DNA of 64,000 nucleotides from Octopus vulgaris. Its lineage: Eukaryota. How positions within the stretch are numbered: position 1 is the first letter of the stretch; every line of letters starts with the position of its first letter. The notes beneath the pieces are model-generated. The model searched no databases and was not told where the DNA came from. It saw only the letters and a program-made list of their open reading frames with translations. The translations under genes and the position numbers were made by a program. Location: positions 176,824,001 to 176,888,000 of the forward strand of contig OX597814.1 in assembly GCA_951406725.2 (NCBI GenBank). The letters are read 5' to 3'. Below are positions 1-11,868 of this stretch, piece by piece.

Positions 1-469
1 AGATTGAGGTTATTAATGTTCCTACTGAAATTTTGAATGTCACCAACACTAGGGAAAAACATGAGTAAGGAGGGAGCTTTAGAGGGAACAACATTCTGGA
101 AAGGAAAACTGGAATGAAGAACTGAGTATAGTGTTTAGTGCAGAGTCTGGGGTTGGGCATTGGATATAACAAGAGAGGAAAATTAAGATGAGTGAGTTGG
201 GAATGCCTGAGTGAGATGGTATAAGCTCAACAGAAGAGGTAGAAAAGGCAGAGTGAGGAAACAGCAACTGTAGACTTCTTCTCAAACCATTTCCTCAACG
301 TCTTCCACTAAAAAAGAGAAGTAATCCTGCCTCTTCCACTCATCATGATCATTATCATTTCACATCTGCCTTCTGTGCCATACAAGAAGATAATGGCGTT
401 AATGCAAAACTGTGAGATGACAGTAAACACACATGTATATATATCTCCTCTCCCCTTCACTGTTTCCTC

Positions 470-1010
470 TCTCTCACTCCTCCTCCTCGACTCTCTCGTC
501 GCTGACACGTGACAAAAGAGAAACTACCTTTCTACCCACAACCTTCGTAAAGACTAAACGTGCTTATACTCTCTTTCATAAGCTCGTCTTCCTAAGCGTT
601 CAGAATAATTTTTCCATCATCTTGGCTTAACAGCCCTCACTGTTTCTTTTTACTGTTTTGTTCTCATTGTTCTGTCTTTTACAGTTTTTATTTTTTTATT
701 GTTTTTACTGTTTTGTTCTCATTGTCCTGTTCTTGTTACCACTTTCACCCTCCACAAAAAAATCCCAAATTTTATTTAATTTGCTTTGCGGGAAGGACTG
801 TTTCAAGGAAGTCATGTCTTGTCCTTGCCTTCGAAACGTGGAGTAGTTGAAACAGGGACAACTGAAGAAGGGGAATAGTCTTTATGCTGTATGTCTTGTT
901 TCTTTGTATTTTTTCATTGTTCAAAAAAAGATCGCTTCTATGCTTTTGTTTTTATGTTTTCGTTTCTCCTTGTGTTCAACGTTTTTTTGATGTCCTGTAC
1001 CCAAATACGC
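470..1010. repeat. Interspersed repeat of uncertain class (possibly a Penelope-like terminal repeat)
   Basis: Block with several CpGs and T-rich tracts, ending in (TA)n/(GA)n. Contains GAAACGT and CTGAAGA motifs like the other pLTR-type repeats here. Confidence 0.3.
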
Positions 1011-1655
1011 ATGTGTATATACATATAGATGTAGGTATGTACATATATGAATGTATATATGCATATATTTATATATTATTTATATTAATATATATATATG
1101 GAGAGAGAGAGAGAGAGAGAGAGACAAACATATTTATATAAAAATATACAACATAATACACAAACACGCATGTTTAAATTAAAATATAATATATAAAAAA
1201 AATAGCATTTTTTTAATACAAACATATGTTTAAGGGGAAAAATTCATATAAATGAATTAAAGGATGATATACTAAATGATGAAGTACACAAAAATTTTAC
1301 AATTAACTGAAATTTCCCTCTTAACTGGATCAAAGCAGTTTCATTGTGACTAAACTTCACAGCTGAAGTACACATCTGCAGCTGTCACCTGATCTAAGCT
1401 CAGATTTTTTTTTTCCTGTTAAGCATGAAAATTCCTGTTTTGAATTCTTGAAATTTTCTCTCCTTTATTTTGAAAATTTGTTAGCATTTACCATAAGGGC
1501 TTTGTTTTCTTACTCCAGATTAGAATGAAATAGCGAATTTGAGAATTATTTTGTATGTATCATGTAGTATGTTGGCCAGTAACTTACATATTACAGAAGA
1601 CAGTGGGTGTATATTTGAAAACATAAAGAAAAAGTAATAGGGTTGAATAACTTAC

Positions 1656-1796
1656 CAACATGTTAAGGACAGCAATAGGGCCACATGCGGAAACTTCAGT
1701 CTCTGACCGTTTCACTTGTCTATGGTAAGCTTGGTTCTCATCCCAAATCATTACACGTTCTACACTAGATCTTCTTGACTTCATAGAGTGGTTCTT
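1656..1796 (-). CDS. Internal coding exon (141 nt): KNHSMKSRRSSVERVMIWDENQAYHRQVKRSETEVSACGPIAVLNML; gene continues beyond the window
   Basis: Acceptor TTATTTCTTGTGACAG|, donor TTG|GTAAGT. Phase 0/0 agrees with the previous exon, and the frame is open. Confidence 0.85.
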
Positions 1797-1936
1797 CTGT
1801 CACAAGAAATAACAGTAAAAATGATGTACAAGCAGGGATACAAGAGGCAGTGACAGGTGGGGGTGGTGCAATACGGAAATAATAAGCAACAAATAAAAGT
1901 AAAAAAATAAAGAAATGTCATTCATATATATATATA

Positions 1937-2131
1937 TGCACCGGTGGCACGTAAAAAGCACCCACTACACTCTCGGAGTGGTTGGTGTTAGGAAGGGCAT
2001 CCAGCTGTAGAAACTCTGCCAGATCAAGATTGGAGCCTGGTGCAGCCTTCTGGTTCGCCAGCCCTCAGTCAAAATCGTCCAACCCATGCTAGCATGGAAA
2101 GCGGACGTTAAACGATGATGATGATGATGAT
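1937..2131 (+). mobile_element. RTE-tail retroposon (family A)
   Basis: GGTGGCACGTAAAAAGCACC...TAGGAAGGGCATCCAGCTGTAGAAA...CATGCTAGCATGGAAAGCGGACGTTAAAC(GAT)n, with many copies in the window. Confidence 0.85.
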
Positions 2132-2409
2132 ATGTACCCTCTTCACTCCTCTCTTCTGGCTAGCCAGAAACCCTAACTTCCTCCACTTACAGTTAGTCAT
2201 TTTTTTCCCTTCCTTCTTCCAACTTGCCCTGAATGGTTTGTAGGATTAAGGAAATTCTAATTCACTGTGTAGTAACTGCTTGATTAGAATAAATAAATTA
2301 AATAAACAAGAGCCATCTGCCAGTTAGCAGATGTTCACACAAATCTTGTATTTTATAGGCACTGACAACAGTGCCCCAAATGTTTACTATTCCTTTTAAG
2401 TTCACATTT

Positions 2410-3552
2410 TTAAGGTCACCACACTCAACGTCAGCACAAAGAAAGGCAGGACCAGTTAGATTGTTGAAATGCTAGAGTGGAGGTATGAAGATGTGTGCTA
2501 TGTGCAAAAAGTAAGATGGAGGAGAGCCTTTGTTAGGTTCTTCATAAGCAAAGAACATAGGTACAAATTCCTTTGGTAGACAGAAGTGGGGGTGATGGTG
2601 TAAGCATATTTTTGGCAGAAAAATGTGTAGATAAAGTGAGATAATTAGAGTGTGTGGTACTCAAGCTAAAACTAATCTTAGATAAATTAACAGTTACATT
2701 TATATCTACCTATATGCCACACTCTAGACTGGCAGATGATAAGAAGGACCAATTTTATGAAGTCCTTTTGCAGATTGTCTCAATCATGAATGACATTGAC
2801 TTCAACAGACATGTTGGACAGCACCCTGATGAATTCCAGGTACAGCACTGACCAGGAGAAAGTCTTTGACCAAGTCCCTCACTCTGCAATCAGATGGTCT
2901 CTGAGGAAGCTATGGGTAGATGAATGGCTAGTGAAAGTCATATGCAAGAGTACTGTCAGTAAAGTGAGAGTTAACCACAAGTGCAGTGACGAATTTAGAG
3001 CACAGGTTGGAATTCACTAGGGCTCAATTCTCCATTCTCTCTTATTTATCATAGTCCTCCAGGCCATAGCACAAGAATTTAAAACCAGTTGCTCTTGGGA
3101 ACTACTGTATGGTGATGACCCCATTCTCATAGAAGAATCCACAGAAGAATTCAAAAGGAAATTCCAGATACAGAAGCAAAACTTGGAATGAAAGGTTCTT
3201 AAAGTTAACTTAACTTGGTAAAGAGTAAAGTTCTAGTAAGCAAGACAACAGACAAAACTCTATTCCCATCAGGTAAATGGCCTTGCCTGGTATTTAGAAA
3301 AGATGTAGACAGGAAGTGCAAGCTATGAACACAGAAGAAGTGTAGTGGAATCACAGGAGAATTAGCAGAGTAATTAGTCTTTGTATGTGGAAGTTGTGTA
3401 GGAGTTATAAACACTAAAGACACAGGGTAAATAGATTTTTTCAAATGCCTTGGAGGCTCCTTAAAAGCAGTAGATGGTTTCTGTTGCCTAGCTGACCTAA
3501 TTAGCAGCTGAGAAGGTTGTTCTGAAAGTATAGCTGCTAGAATAAAAATAGG
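2410..3552 (+). mobile_element. Decayed RTE-clade LINE: AP-endonuclease start joined by internal deletion to RT remnant
   Basis: Translates to TTLNVSTKKGR...VEMLEWR...VRWR, DQFYE, DFNRHVG (endonuclease), then DQEKVFDQVP, VGIH*GS, LLFIIVL, ELLYGDD (RT), with stops and frameshifts. Confidence 0.85.
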
Positions 3553-4106
3553 TAATTCATTTTATTCCTCCCAGGAATAACTATTGAGATTTGACTGCTG
3601 AATATTTTGAAATATGCAAGCAAATAGCACTAAAAATATTCAATTCAGTGGTTTGCTGTCCTGTTTTTTTTCTCCCCCATTGACTTGACAACAATAACAT
3701 AAGGAATATTTGATAGATATATATGCAGAAATGGTTGTGTGGTTGAGTTTGAGTTGTAATCATGTGATTCTAAGTTCAGTTTAACCCCAGAGCTTGGCAT
3801 TTTGTCCAGGTGTTTTCTACCAAAACTTTCGAGTAAAATATAATAGAACGAAACTTTCTAGAATCCTATCATACATACACACACACAAATTTATATTTCT
3901 CTGCTGATCAGATGAGTAACCCACCATTTTTAAATTAATCAATTACATATGTTAATTGCTTAATTATATAAATGCTATGTTTTTATTCAATTGAAACAGC
4001 TGTGAAAGCAAATTAAGGTTCATACATAAAATTTATAATTTTCTGTTGTTTACCAGTCTGTCCATCTATGAATGTCCTAGGTATGGCTTAAATTGCATTT
4101 AGCCAT

Positions 4107-4758
4107 GGTTCTACACCGAGTCCCCGGTTCTACTCTGCATCGAGTCCCCGGTTCTACTCTGCATCGAGTCCCCGGTTCCACTCTGCATTGAGTCCCTGGT
4201 TCCACTCTGCATTGAGTCCCCGCTTCTACTCTGCATCGAGTCCCCGGTTCTACTCTGCATCGACTCCCCGGTTCTACTCTGCATCGACTCCCCGGTTCTA
4301 CTCTGCATCGACTCCCCGGTTCTACTCTGCATCGACTCCCCGGTTCTACTCTGCATCGACTCCCCGGTTCTACTCTGCATTGAGTCCCCGGTTCTACTCT
4401 GCATCGAGTCCCCGGTTCTACTCTGCATCGAGTCCCCGGTTCTACTCTGCATTGAGTCCCCGGTTCTACTCTGCATCGACTCCCCGGTTCTACTCTGCAT
4501 TGAGTCCCCGGTTCTACTCTGCATTGAGTCCCCGGTTCTACTCTGCATTGAGTCCCCGGTTCTACTCTGCATTGAGTCCCCGGTTCTACTCTGCATTGAG
4601 TCCCTGGTTCTACTCTGCATTGAGTCCCCGGTTCTACTCTGCATTGAGTCCCCGGTTCTACTCTGCATTGAGTCCCCGGTTCTACTCTGCATTGAGTACC
4701 CGGTTCAACTCTGCATTGAGTCCCCAGTTCTACTCTGCATCGAGTCCCTGGCTCTACT
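4107..4758. repeat. 24-bp minisatellite, about 27 copies, unit GA(G/C)TCCCCGGTTCTACTCTGCAT(C/T)
   Basis: Directly visible head-to-tail array. It produces the two 193-aa octapeptide ORFs. Confidence 0.97.
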
Positions 4759-5464
4759 ATGACCCATAGCAGTTGCTGTTACCAGGGGTCCCAGTTATGG
4801 GTTAATAAGCATGTCACAAAAGGTCACTCACAGGCACTCTATTGAGCCCAGGCAAATGAGGACTTTCAGCTTTTTAATTGTTTATCTAAGAGATGGTAAG
4901 CCCACATAAATCCTATATCCTGATAACTACTGGGCTTGTAGCACCTGTTGCATCAGGCTGATGCAAGTTTGAAGGAGAAAAGAGTGGGACAGGCTCTGCA
5001 TAAACCATATCCACTATAATAATAACATTCATTGTGCAGGTTGTTCAGTGAACCAAGACACAAGTACAAACACCATCTCACTTGCTTCCCAAGTCTAGTG
5101 GCAATAGGGAAAGAGGCAACAGAGATAGGTCAAGGATGCTACAAGAGATTTTCAGCTTTGACCATGCACACAGGTGGTCATGGATTGATGGTCATTTTCC
5201 ATAGACTTGTAAGAACACTGTATAACTGGGTCTTGATAAAACCACATTTGTCAAAGTAATGTAGGAGTTCATACCATGTATGTGTGTGTGTATCCCCTTA
5301 GCCATATGTGTTTTCCATGAGAGGCAGCAAACAACATTGCCTGCATTTTTATAACCATTACATGATGCTGAGACAAAGGTACATGCAAACCCATAAAAGC
5401 ACAGAACACAAACATATTTCTGTACGTTTTCCACAGAATATTATATATATATATATATATATAT

Positions 5465-5952
5465 GATGACTGGCACCCATGCCAACCTTCCTTCATTGGA
5501 CACTACACTCTGCTTGCAAAGACCTGTTGGGGCAAGTGAAATCAAAATTGAACCAAATTCGATGACTGGCATCGTGCCAATGGAGCACTATCAGCTTCTT
5601 CTGAGTGGGATCGCTGCCAGAGCAGCTGTCTGGCCACCGTGCTGGTGGCACGTAAAAAGCACATTTGAGTGTGATCGTTACCAGCGTCACCTTACTGACA
5701 CTTGTGCCAGTGGCATGTGAACAAAACATTCGAGAGTGGCTGTTGCCAGTACTGCCTAACTGGCCATTGTGCTGGTGGCACGTAAAAGCACCCACTACAC
5801 TCGGAGTGGTTGGCGTTAGGAAGAGCATCCAGCTGTAGAAACTCTGCCAGATCAGATTGGAGTCTGGTGCAGCCATCTGGTTCACCAGACCTCAGTCAAA
5901 TCGTCCAACCCATGCTAGCATGGAAAGCGAACGCTAAATGATGATGATGATA
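5465..5952 (+). mobile_element. Family A retroposon with internal ~60-bp tandem units
   Basis: Three GTGGCA(C/T)GT units followed by the family A tail and (GAT)n. Confidence 0.85.
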
Positions 5953-6011
5953 TAAATATATATTTAGAGAAAGATATTTTCAAAAAGATTAAGAAAAGAC
6001 TTTTTATAAAG

Positions 6012-6126
6012 TAGAATGGTATTAACCTTTAAGAAGGAATTTCACAAATTGTGTGTAGGCTTTAACACATTATTAAAGCCTCCACACAATTTGTGAAATT
6101 CCTTCCTAAAGGTTAGAACCATTCTA
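6012..6126. repeat. ~115-bp palindrome (hairpin MITE-like)
   Basis: TAGAATGGT...GGAATTTCACAAATTGTGTGTAGGCTTTAA pairs with TTAAAGCCTCCACACAATTTGTGAAATTCC...ACCATTCTA. Confidence 0.85.
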
Positions 6127-6212
6127 ATCTCTAAAAAGTTTTTTTTTTATCTTCACTTTCTGAAAAAAATCTTTCTCTAAATATTATAACTGTATCAAGT
6201 AATTTCCTAAAC

Positions 6213-6214
<2 letters not shown>

Positions 6215-6303
<89 letters not shown>
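6215..6303. repeat. Compound (TG)n(TA)n microsatellite
   Basis: Directly visible. Confidence 0.95.
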
Positions 6304-6306
<3 letters not shown>

Positions 6307-7804
6307 TGATGACAGTACTTCCTGATTGGCACCTGTGACAGTGGCATGTTAAAAGCACCATTTGAGTATGATTGATACCTTTGCTGGTGGCATGTAAAAA
6401 GCACCATTCAAATATGGTCGATGCCTGTCTTGCCTGATTGGCCCTCGTGGTAGTGGCATGTAAAAAGCACCCACTAAACTCTCAGAGTAGTTGGCATTAG
6501 GAAGGGCATCCAGCTAAAAGTTCTGCAAGCTCACCGCCTTTATATACACAAGCCCCTATATCACTACACCTATTCTCACCACCCCCAATGTGCTCTTGAG
6601 GGTATGTCCCAACACATTTTCGCCATTATGTCTTTCACTATTGCTCTCTGTATCTTAGTCTCTAACTCACTCTCTCCTGTTTTCCAACTGGGATATCCAT
6701 GTTATCTACACTACAGCAAGACACCTATATCTGTCCCATCTATGCCTTAAACCTCTCAACTGACACAAAGCCACACCCACTTAATACTACTCTCTCCTCT
6801 CCAACCCTCCTAGTTGAGGGATTTTTGTTTTGCAAAGTACTTTGTGACTGTTGGTGCTAGTGCCATGTAGCTGTAGAAACCATGTCAAAACAGACAACAG
6901 AACCTGGAGTGGCTCCTGGCCTTGCCAGCTCCTGTCAAACTGTTCAACCCATGCCAGCATGGATAATGGATGTTAAATGATGATGGTGATAATATACAGA
7001 TAATTAGTTATCTGTAATAAGCACACCAAAATAACTTCCACCGATAGAATAAATACTAGGCTTACAAAGAATAAGTCCTGGGGTCGATTTGCTCGACTAA
7101 AGGCGGTGCTCCAGCATGGCCACAGTCAAATGACTGAAACAAGTAAAAGAGTTCATATGTCACAGCAGGTGTTTCATTGTCTTCAAGAAAGACAATTCTG
7201 TAAGATCTTATTTTATTGATTGTGCTGTTTGAGAAGTTACCTGTGAGATACTAGCTTCCTCTCCGAGGGTAGATCTATCTCATCTTCTAGGTGCAGATTG
7301 GCTGTGTGGGTAAGAAGCTTGTATGTGTGTATACCTTTGACTTGACATCATGTGATGACTTAACAAGTGTCACTGCCATACAAGTGTTGTTTCTTTTTTA
7401 GTCTTTCCACAAAAAAAGATGTCTGGCCAAGGGAAATATTACCTCGTTTAAAAATGGGTAAGGGTTGGTAACAGGAAGGGCATTCAGCCATAGAAAATCT
7501 GCCTCAATGACTTCTGTGTGATCCATGCTGGCTTGGAAAAATGGTAAGTGGCTGTTAAGTGATGATGGTGATGATGATCATGTTGTTCAGATGTTGGAAG
7601 AGATGTTGTTAAGCATTGTCTCAATGGCTTTTTGTGAGTAGCAAAAAATATTAGCAACCTAATACTGGTAAAATCTGGAGCCCTTGGAAACTAGCTATGA
7701 TCTGCATTAACCCTTTTGTTATCATATTTCTGTTGAGATGCTCTGTGTTTCTTTCTACTGATTTTAAATATGACAAAGAATTTAGCAAAATAATTTAGTT
7801 ATCA

Positions 7805-8188
7805 CTAGCAGTATCGCCCGGCGTTGCTCGGGTTTGTAAGGGAAATAACTATATAAGCATTTTTAGAGAGTTATAGCCAAAACATAGCAAAAAATGCATT
7901 AAAAATGGAAAAAAAATGGTAAATTTTTTTTTAAATCGTTGACTCATCGAAGACATTTTTAGAGAATTACTTCCCTTATATAATAGCGTAAAAAATGCAT
8001 TAAAATGGAAAAAAATGATGGTAAATTTTTTTTAAAATCGTAGACGCGCGCTAATACCCAGAAGGGCTTGATATGAATCACGACTATAAGATACCCGCTT
8101 TTGGTTAAACTGCACCGCAAAATGTGGGAGTAGTTAGGAATCTAAATCGTAGGAGACAGACACGCAACTTGACATTTATATATAAAGA
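7805..8188 (-). mobile_element. Non-autonomous Helitron
   Basis: Minus strand begins A|TCTTTATATATA and ends with hairpin CCCGAGCAACGCCGGG then CGATACTGCTAG|T. Inserted at AT with no TSD. Confidence 0.85.
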
Positions 8189-8270
8189 TTAAGCTAGTGT
8201 AAGGAACATAAATTGTGTCTAAGGTTTGGAGAAAAATTTTAATTCAGAACTTTTGAAAACAAGACATTTG

Positions 8271-8687
8271 GGATCTTTTCAGTTTGAACGGCAGTTTTTT
8301 CTAGCGGTGTCATATGAAATTGTCACCCATAATTATGACCCTAGTATCGATCTATTACATTTCTATCTGTTTTAGGGTTAGTTAGGGGTGGGGGAAGGGT
8401 ATCTTTTTTTTCTTCAGAAATGTAAATAAACCCAATCTGTTTCTTAAATGAGGGACATATTCATACAGCAAAGAATGTTTTTTTTACCTCAATAGACATA
8501 ATTGATTGGTTGAAATTGCAGAAATTGAAGAAAAAAAACAACAAATATCTTACAAACTATAGAATTTTCTCAATAAAGCCAAGAGAAAAAGATGTTTTAT
8601 AAACACATTCTACCAGTATGCGAAGTTTAAAATTTTTTAGTTACCTAGAAATTATGTTAAAAACTGCCGTTCAAACCAAAAAGATCC
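8271..8687. mobile_element. MITE with 29-bp TIRs and 8-bp TSD (Merlin- or hAT-like)
   Basis: TIR GGATCTTTT(CA/TG)GTTTGAACGGCAGTTTTT. TSD GACATTTG at 8263-8270 and 8688-8695. Confidence 0.88.
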
Positions 8688-9349
8688 GACATTTGTTCTC
8701 AGAGTCAGAGGCAGTTTCAGCTGGGTTGGTATCAAAAGGGTTAATAACCAACAATCAATCCATAGTCCTGTTTGAACTAATTTTGGAAGAGTTTGCTAAG
8801 TTCAGTTGCTGTGAAGAGTGAAGGACCTAATGCTTTCTTCTCTTACTCTCAGGTGAATGGCAGTTGCTGGAAATGTTAAATTCCTAACTAACCTTAGTCT
8901 TTATCTAGTTCGCCATGTGTATATAGCAATGCAAGAATGTTAGAAAGATCAACAGCAAACGGAACTGTAATGGTACGAAATAGAAAGAGATTCTTTCTGC
9001 AGTTGTCCTACCTTCTAGAAATAACAGTCAAATCTCCATCAAACCACACTACCACCTTAGAAAAAGAATGACACAATGGATAATGGCATAAATAACGCAG
9101 TACTTGGGCAAGCGAGGAAATGCCTTCTGATCATAAATTTTTGTTGATGGAACTGGTTGGCCTATGGCTAAATAACATGAGTAAAATTAAAGAGAGAGGT
9201 AAGAATAACTGGTTAGTTTTAAATAGCTGCAAGTATGTACATTCAGTAGATAATTGTCATGTGTAGAAATTCTCTGTTTATAATTATATGGTTTCTGCAA
9301 TAGTAGATGTTTTCAAATATTTCATAAAACATAGTTATCAGCAACTTAC

Positions 9350-9512
9350 CTTACTAGTATGCTGCATATTTAAAGCATGCGAGTCTGTCTTGTGATCGGT
9401 GTCGGAAGCAGAGGTGCAGCAGCATTTGTCACCAGGACTGTCAGCAGTGCATTTGTCTAATCGGACCCTGTCGATATCTTCATAGATTGGTTCTTGTGAA
9501 CTGGGAATATCA
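9350..9512 (-). CDS. Internal coding exon (163 nt): (R)DIPSSQEPIYEDIDRVRLDK...QHTSK
   Basis: Acceptor TTTTCATATGCTAG| follows a long pyrimidine tract. Donor is AAG|GTAAGT. Enters in phase 2 (CG+T = Arg), matching the upstream donor, and exits in phase 0. Confidence 0.88.
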
Positions 9513-9732
9513 CTAGCATATGAAAATGCACAAACACACACACACAAAGAAAAAAAGAAAAAGAAAAAAGAAAAGAAAGACGAGAGAATGGTTATTAACA
9601 GTAAATAAAAGATTTCTGAACAAATATACAATAAATTTCATACATAAGAATGTAACATCAGAATGTTAGTAGGTTAAGAAATAGGAGGTAAGGATATTCA
9701 TGGTTGTTTTCAGGATGTCAAACATATATTAA

Positions 9733-10103
9733 GGCGTAGGAGTGGCTGTGTGGTAGGTAGCTTGCTTACCAACCACATTGTTCCGGGTTCAGTCCCACTG
9801 CGTGGCACCTTGGTCTTCTACTATAGCCTTCTACAAATGTCTTCTACTATAGCCTCGGGCTGACCAAAGCCATGCAAGTGGATTTAGTAGACGGAAACTA
9901 AAAGAAGCCAGTCGTATATATGTATATGTTTGTCCCCCCAACGTTGCTTGACAACCGATACTGGTGTGCTTATGTCCCCGTAACTTAGCAGTTCAGCGAA
10001 AAAGACCGATAGAATAAGTACTAGGCTTCCAAAGAATAAGTCTTGCTCAGCTAAAGGCGGTGCTCCAGCATAGCCACAGTCAAATGACTGAAACAAGTAA
10101 AAG
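9733..10103 (+). mobile_element. tRNA-derived SINE (family B, CORE-like)
   Basis: Head GGAGTGGCTGTGTGG...GGTTCAGTCCC, then GGCACCTTGG..., tail GCTCCAGCAT...CAAATGACTGAAACAAGTAAAAG. Confidence 0.85.
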
Positions 10104-11868
10104 TGTATATGTTCAATGATTCCAACATTATATTCCCCATACTAATGTGTTTGGTTATAATGGCCACTTTTTTTGTAATCAGCTGATAGATTACTAAGAG
10201 GTAGCATAATAGATTGATAAAATACCAATATACTAATGCTACTTATTTTACTGACTCCTAAGGCGGTAAGCTGGCAAAATTGTTAGTATGACAGACCAAA
10301 TAATTAGTAGCATTTCTTTCGGCTCTTTACATTCCAAGTTCAAGTTCTGTGGAGACTGACTTTGCCTATTACCCTTTCAGGATCAATAAAATTAGTACCA
10401 GTTGAGCACTGGGTTGAGGTAATTAATTTACCCCCTCCCCATGTCTACAAATTTGAAGCCGTTATTTTACTGACTCCAGAAAGATAAACTGTACAACTGA
10501 TCCATGCATTCCAAACATTGCAGAACATCTAGTCTAAATCTTGTTAATAATAATGGTTTCAGATTTTGCCACAAGGGCAGCAATTTTGGAGGAGGGGATG
10601 AGCCCCAGTCTTCAACTGATACTTATCGACCCTGGAAGGATGAAAAGTGAAGTCAACCCCAGCGGAATTTGAACTCAGAATGTGAAGACGGATGAAATAC
10701 TACCCAGCGTGCTAATGATTCTTGCAAAGTTGCATAACCTAGTGGTTAGGGTATTGGACTCAAGATTGTAAGGTTGTGGTTTCAATTCACAAGCTGGGGT
10801 GTGTGTTGTGTTCTTGAGCAAGGCTTGATGCACCAGTAGGCTTGAGAAAGACCTAAAACCAATAATAACACCATGCTCTTCTAATATCACTACTCTCTTT
10901 TACTTGTTTCAGTCAAGCAAATCAACCCCAGGACTTATTCTTTGTAAGCCTAGTACTTATTCTTCCAGTCTCTTTTGCCGAACCACTAAGTTATGGGGAC
11001 ATAAACACACCAGCATCAGTTGTCAAGTAATAGCTTTACTATTATTCTAATTTCAGTACCCTTTGCTTAGAAATCTTTTGTGTTCTGTTTAGTCCATTAG
11101 GATGGACCAAACAGAACAGGAGGAGGCATGTGAAATGGAGAGTCACTGAAGAGGCCTCATGATGAATGATGAAAGATTTCCAGGCAAAGGACACTAAAAT
11201 AAGAATAGCAAAACTAAAGTAATGAAGAACAAGTATATAATTCACATGGTTCACTGGTTAAAAAAAAAAACAACAAAAATGACCAGCCCCAAATATAACA
11301 ACAGATAATAATTTGGTAGAACTACAATCTCTATTAACCATCTGCGACACCTGAGGTGGTAAATATATCTGTTAAAATGAGATGTCAGTGTTATTTTCAT
11401 TTTTGCATAATTTAGATGACAGTTTATTCACTGCTTCCTATATATATATATATATGTATATACAGAACTCCAGTTAACTAAAGGAAAGGAAAGAGTAAAA
11501 GTTGAAGTGGTTAGTAAAGTTGGTAGTATAGTATTTAGTAGATGGAGAGGTTGAGGATATACAGGAAATTAAAAGCTTAATGGTTTATAGAAGATGAAGA
11601 GGTCAAGATATATAATTGAGAAAGTTGTTCGTATATAATAAATTAAATTGTTGCTGTATATAAATAGAAGACGAAGTTGATAGTCTGAAAAATACAGGGG
11701 CATATAACCATTCACTATCAGGTGACACATTTCTGGATGTAGACATAATACTGATAGAAGCACAGTAAATGTAAATACTGAAATATTTCATATTTAAAAA
11801 TGAAGAGAAAAGTTTGAAAATTTACAGTCATAAATAATACCTGTGAGACATTTTAAACATTTCATATA

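Larger units (their letters stand above)
7711..8740. mobile_element. piggyBac-type MITE (TTAA TSD) carrying two nested insertions
   Basis: TTAA|CCCTTTTG...CAAAAGGG|TTAA. With the inserts removed it matches the reverse complement of 46677-46887. Confidence 0.85.

Noticed and set aside
4111-4769. Two 193-aa ORFs, (MQSRTGDS)n and (SPRFYSAL)n
   Set aside because: They follow automatically from a 24-bp unit without stops in those frames. No splice or start evidence.
5640-5795. CRISPR-like repeat-spacer appearance of the GGTGGCACGTAAAAAGCAC units
   Set aside because: The linkers are related to each other, the block recurs as a dispersed retroposon, there are no cas genes, and the context is eukaryotic.
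7241-7286. Possible small minus-strand exon with a CAG|GTAACT donor
   Set aside because: No pyrimidine tract, a stop in the required phase, and a length that would shift the frame.
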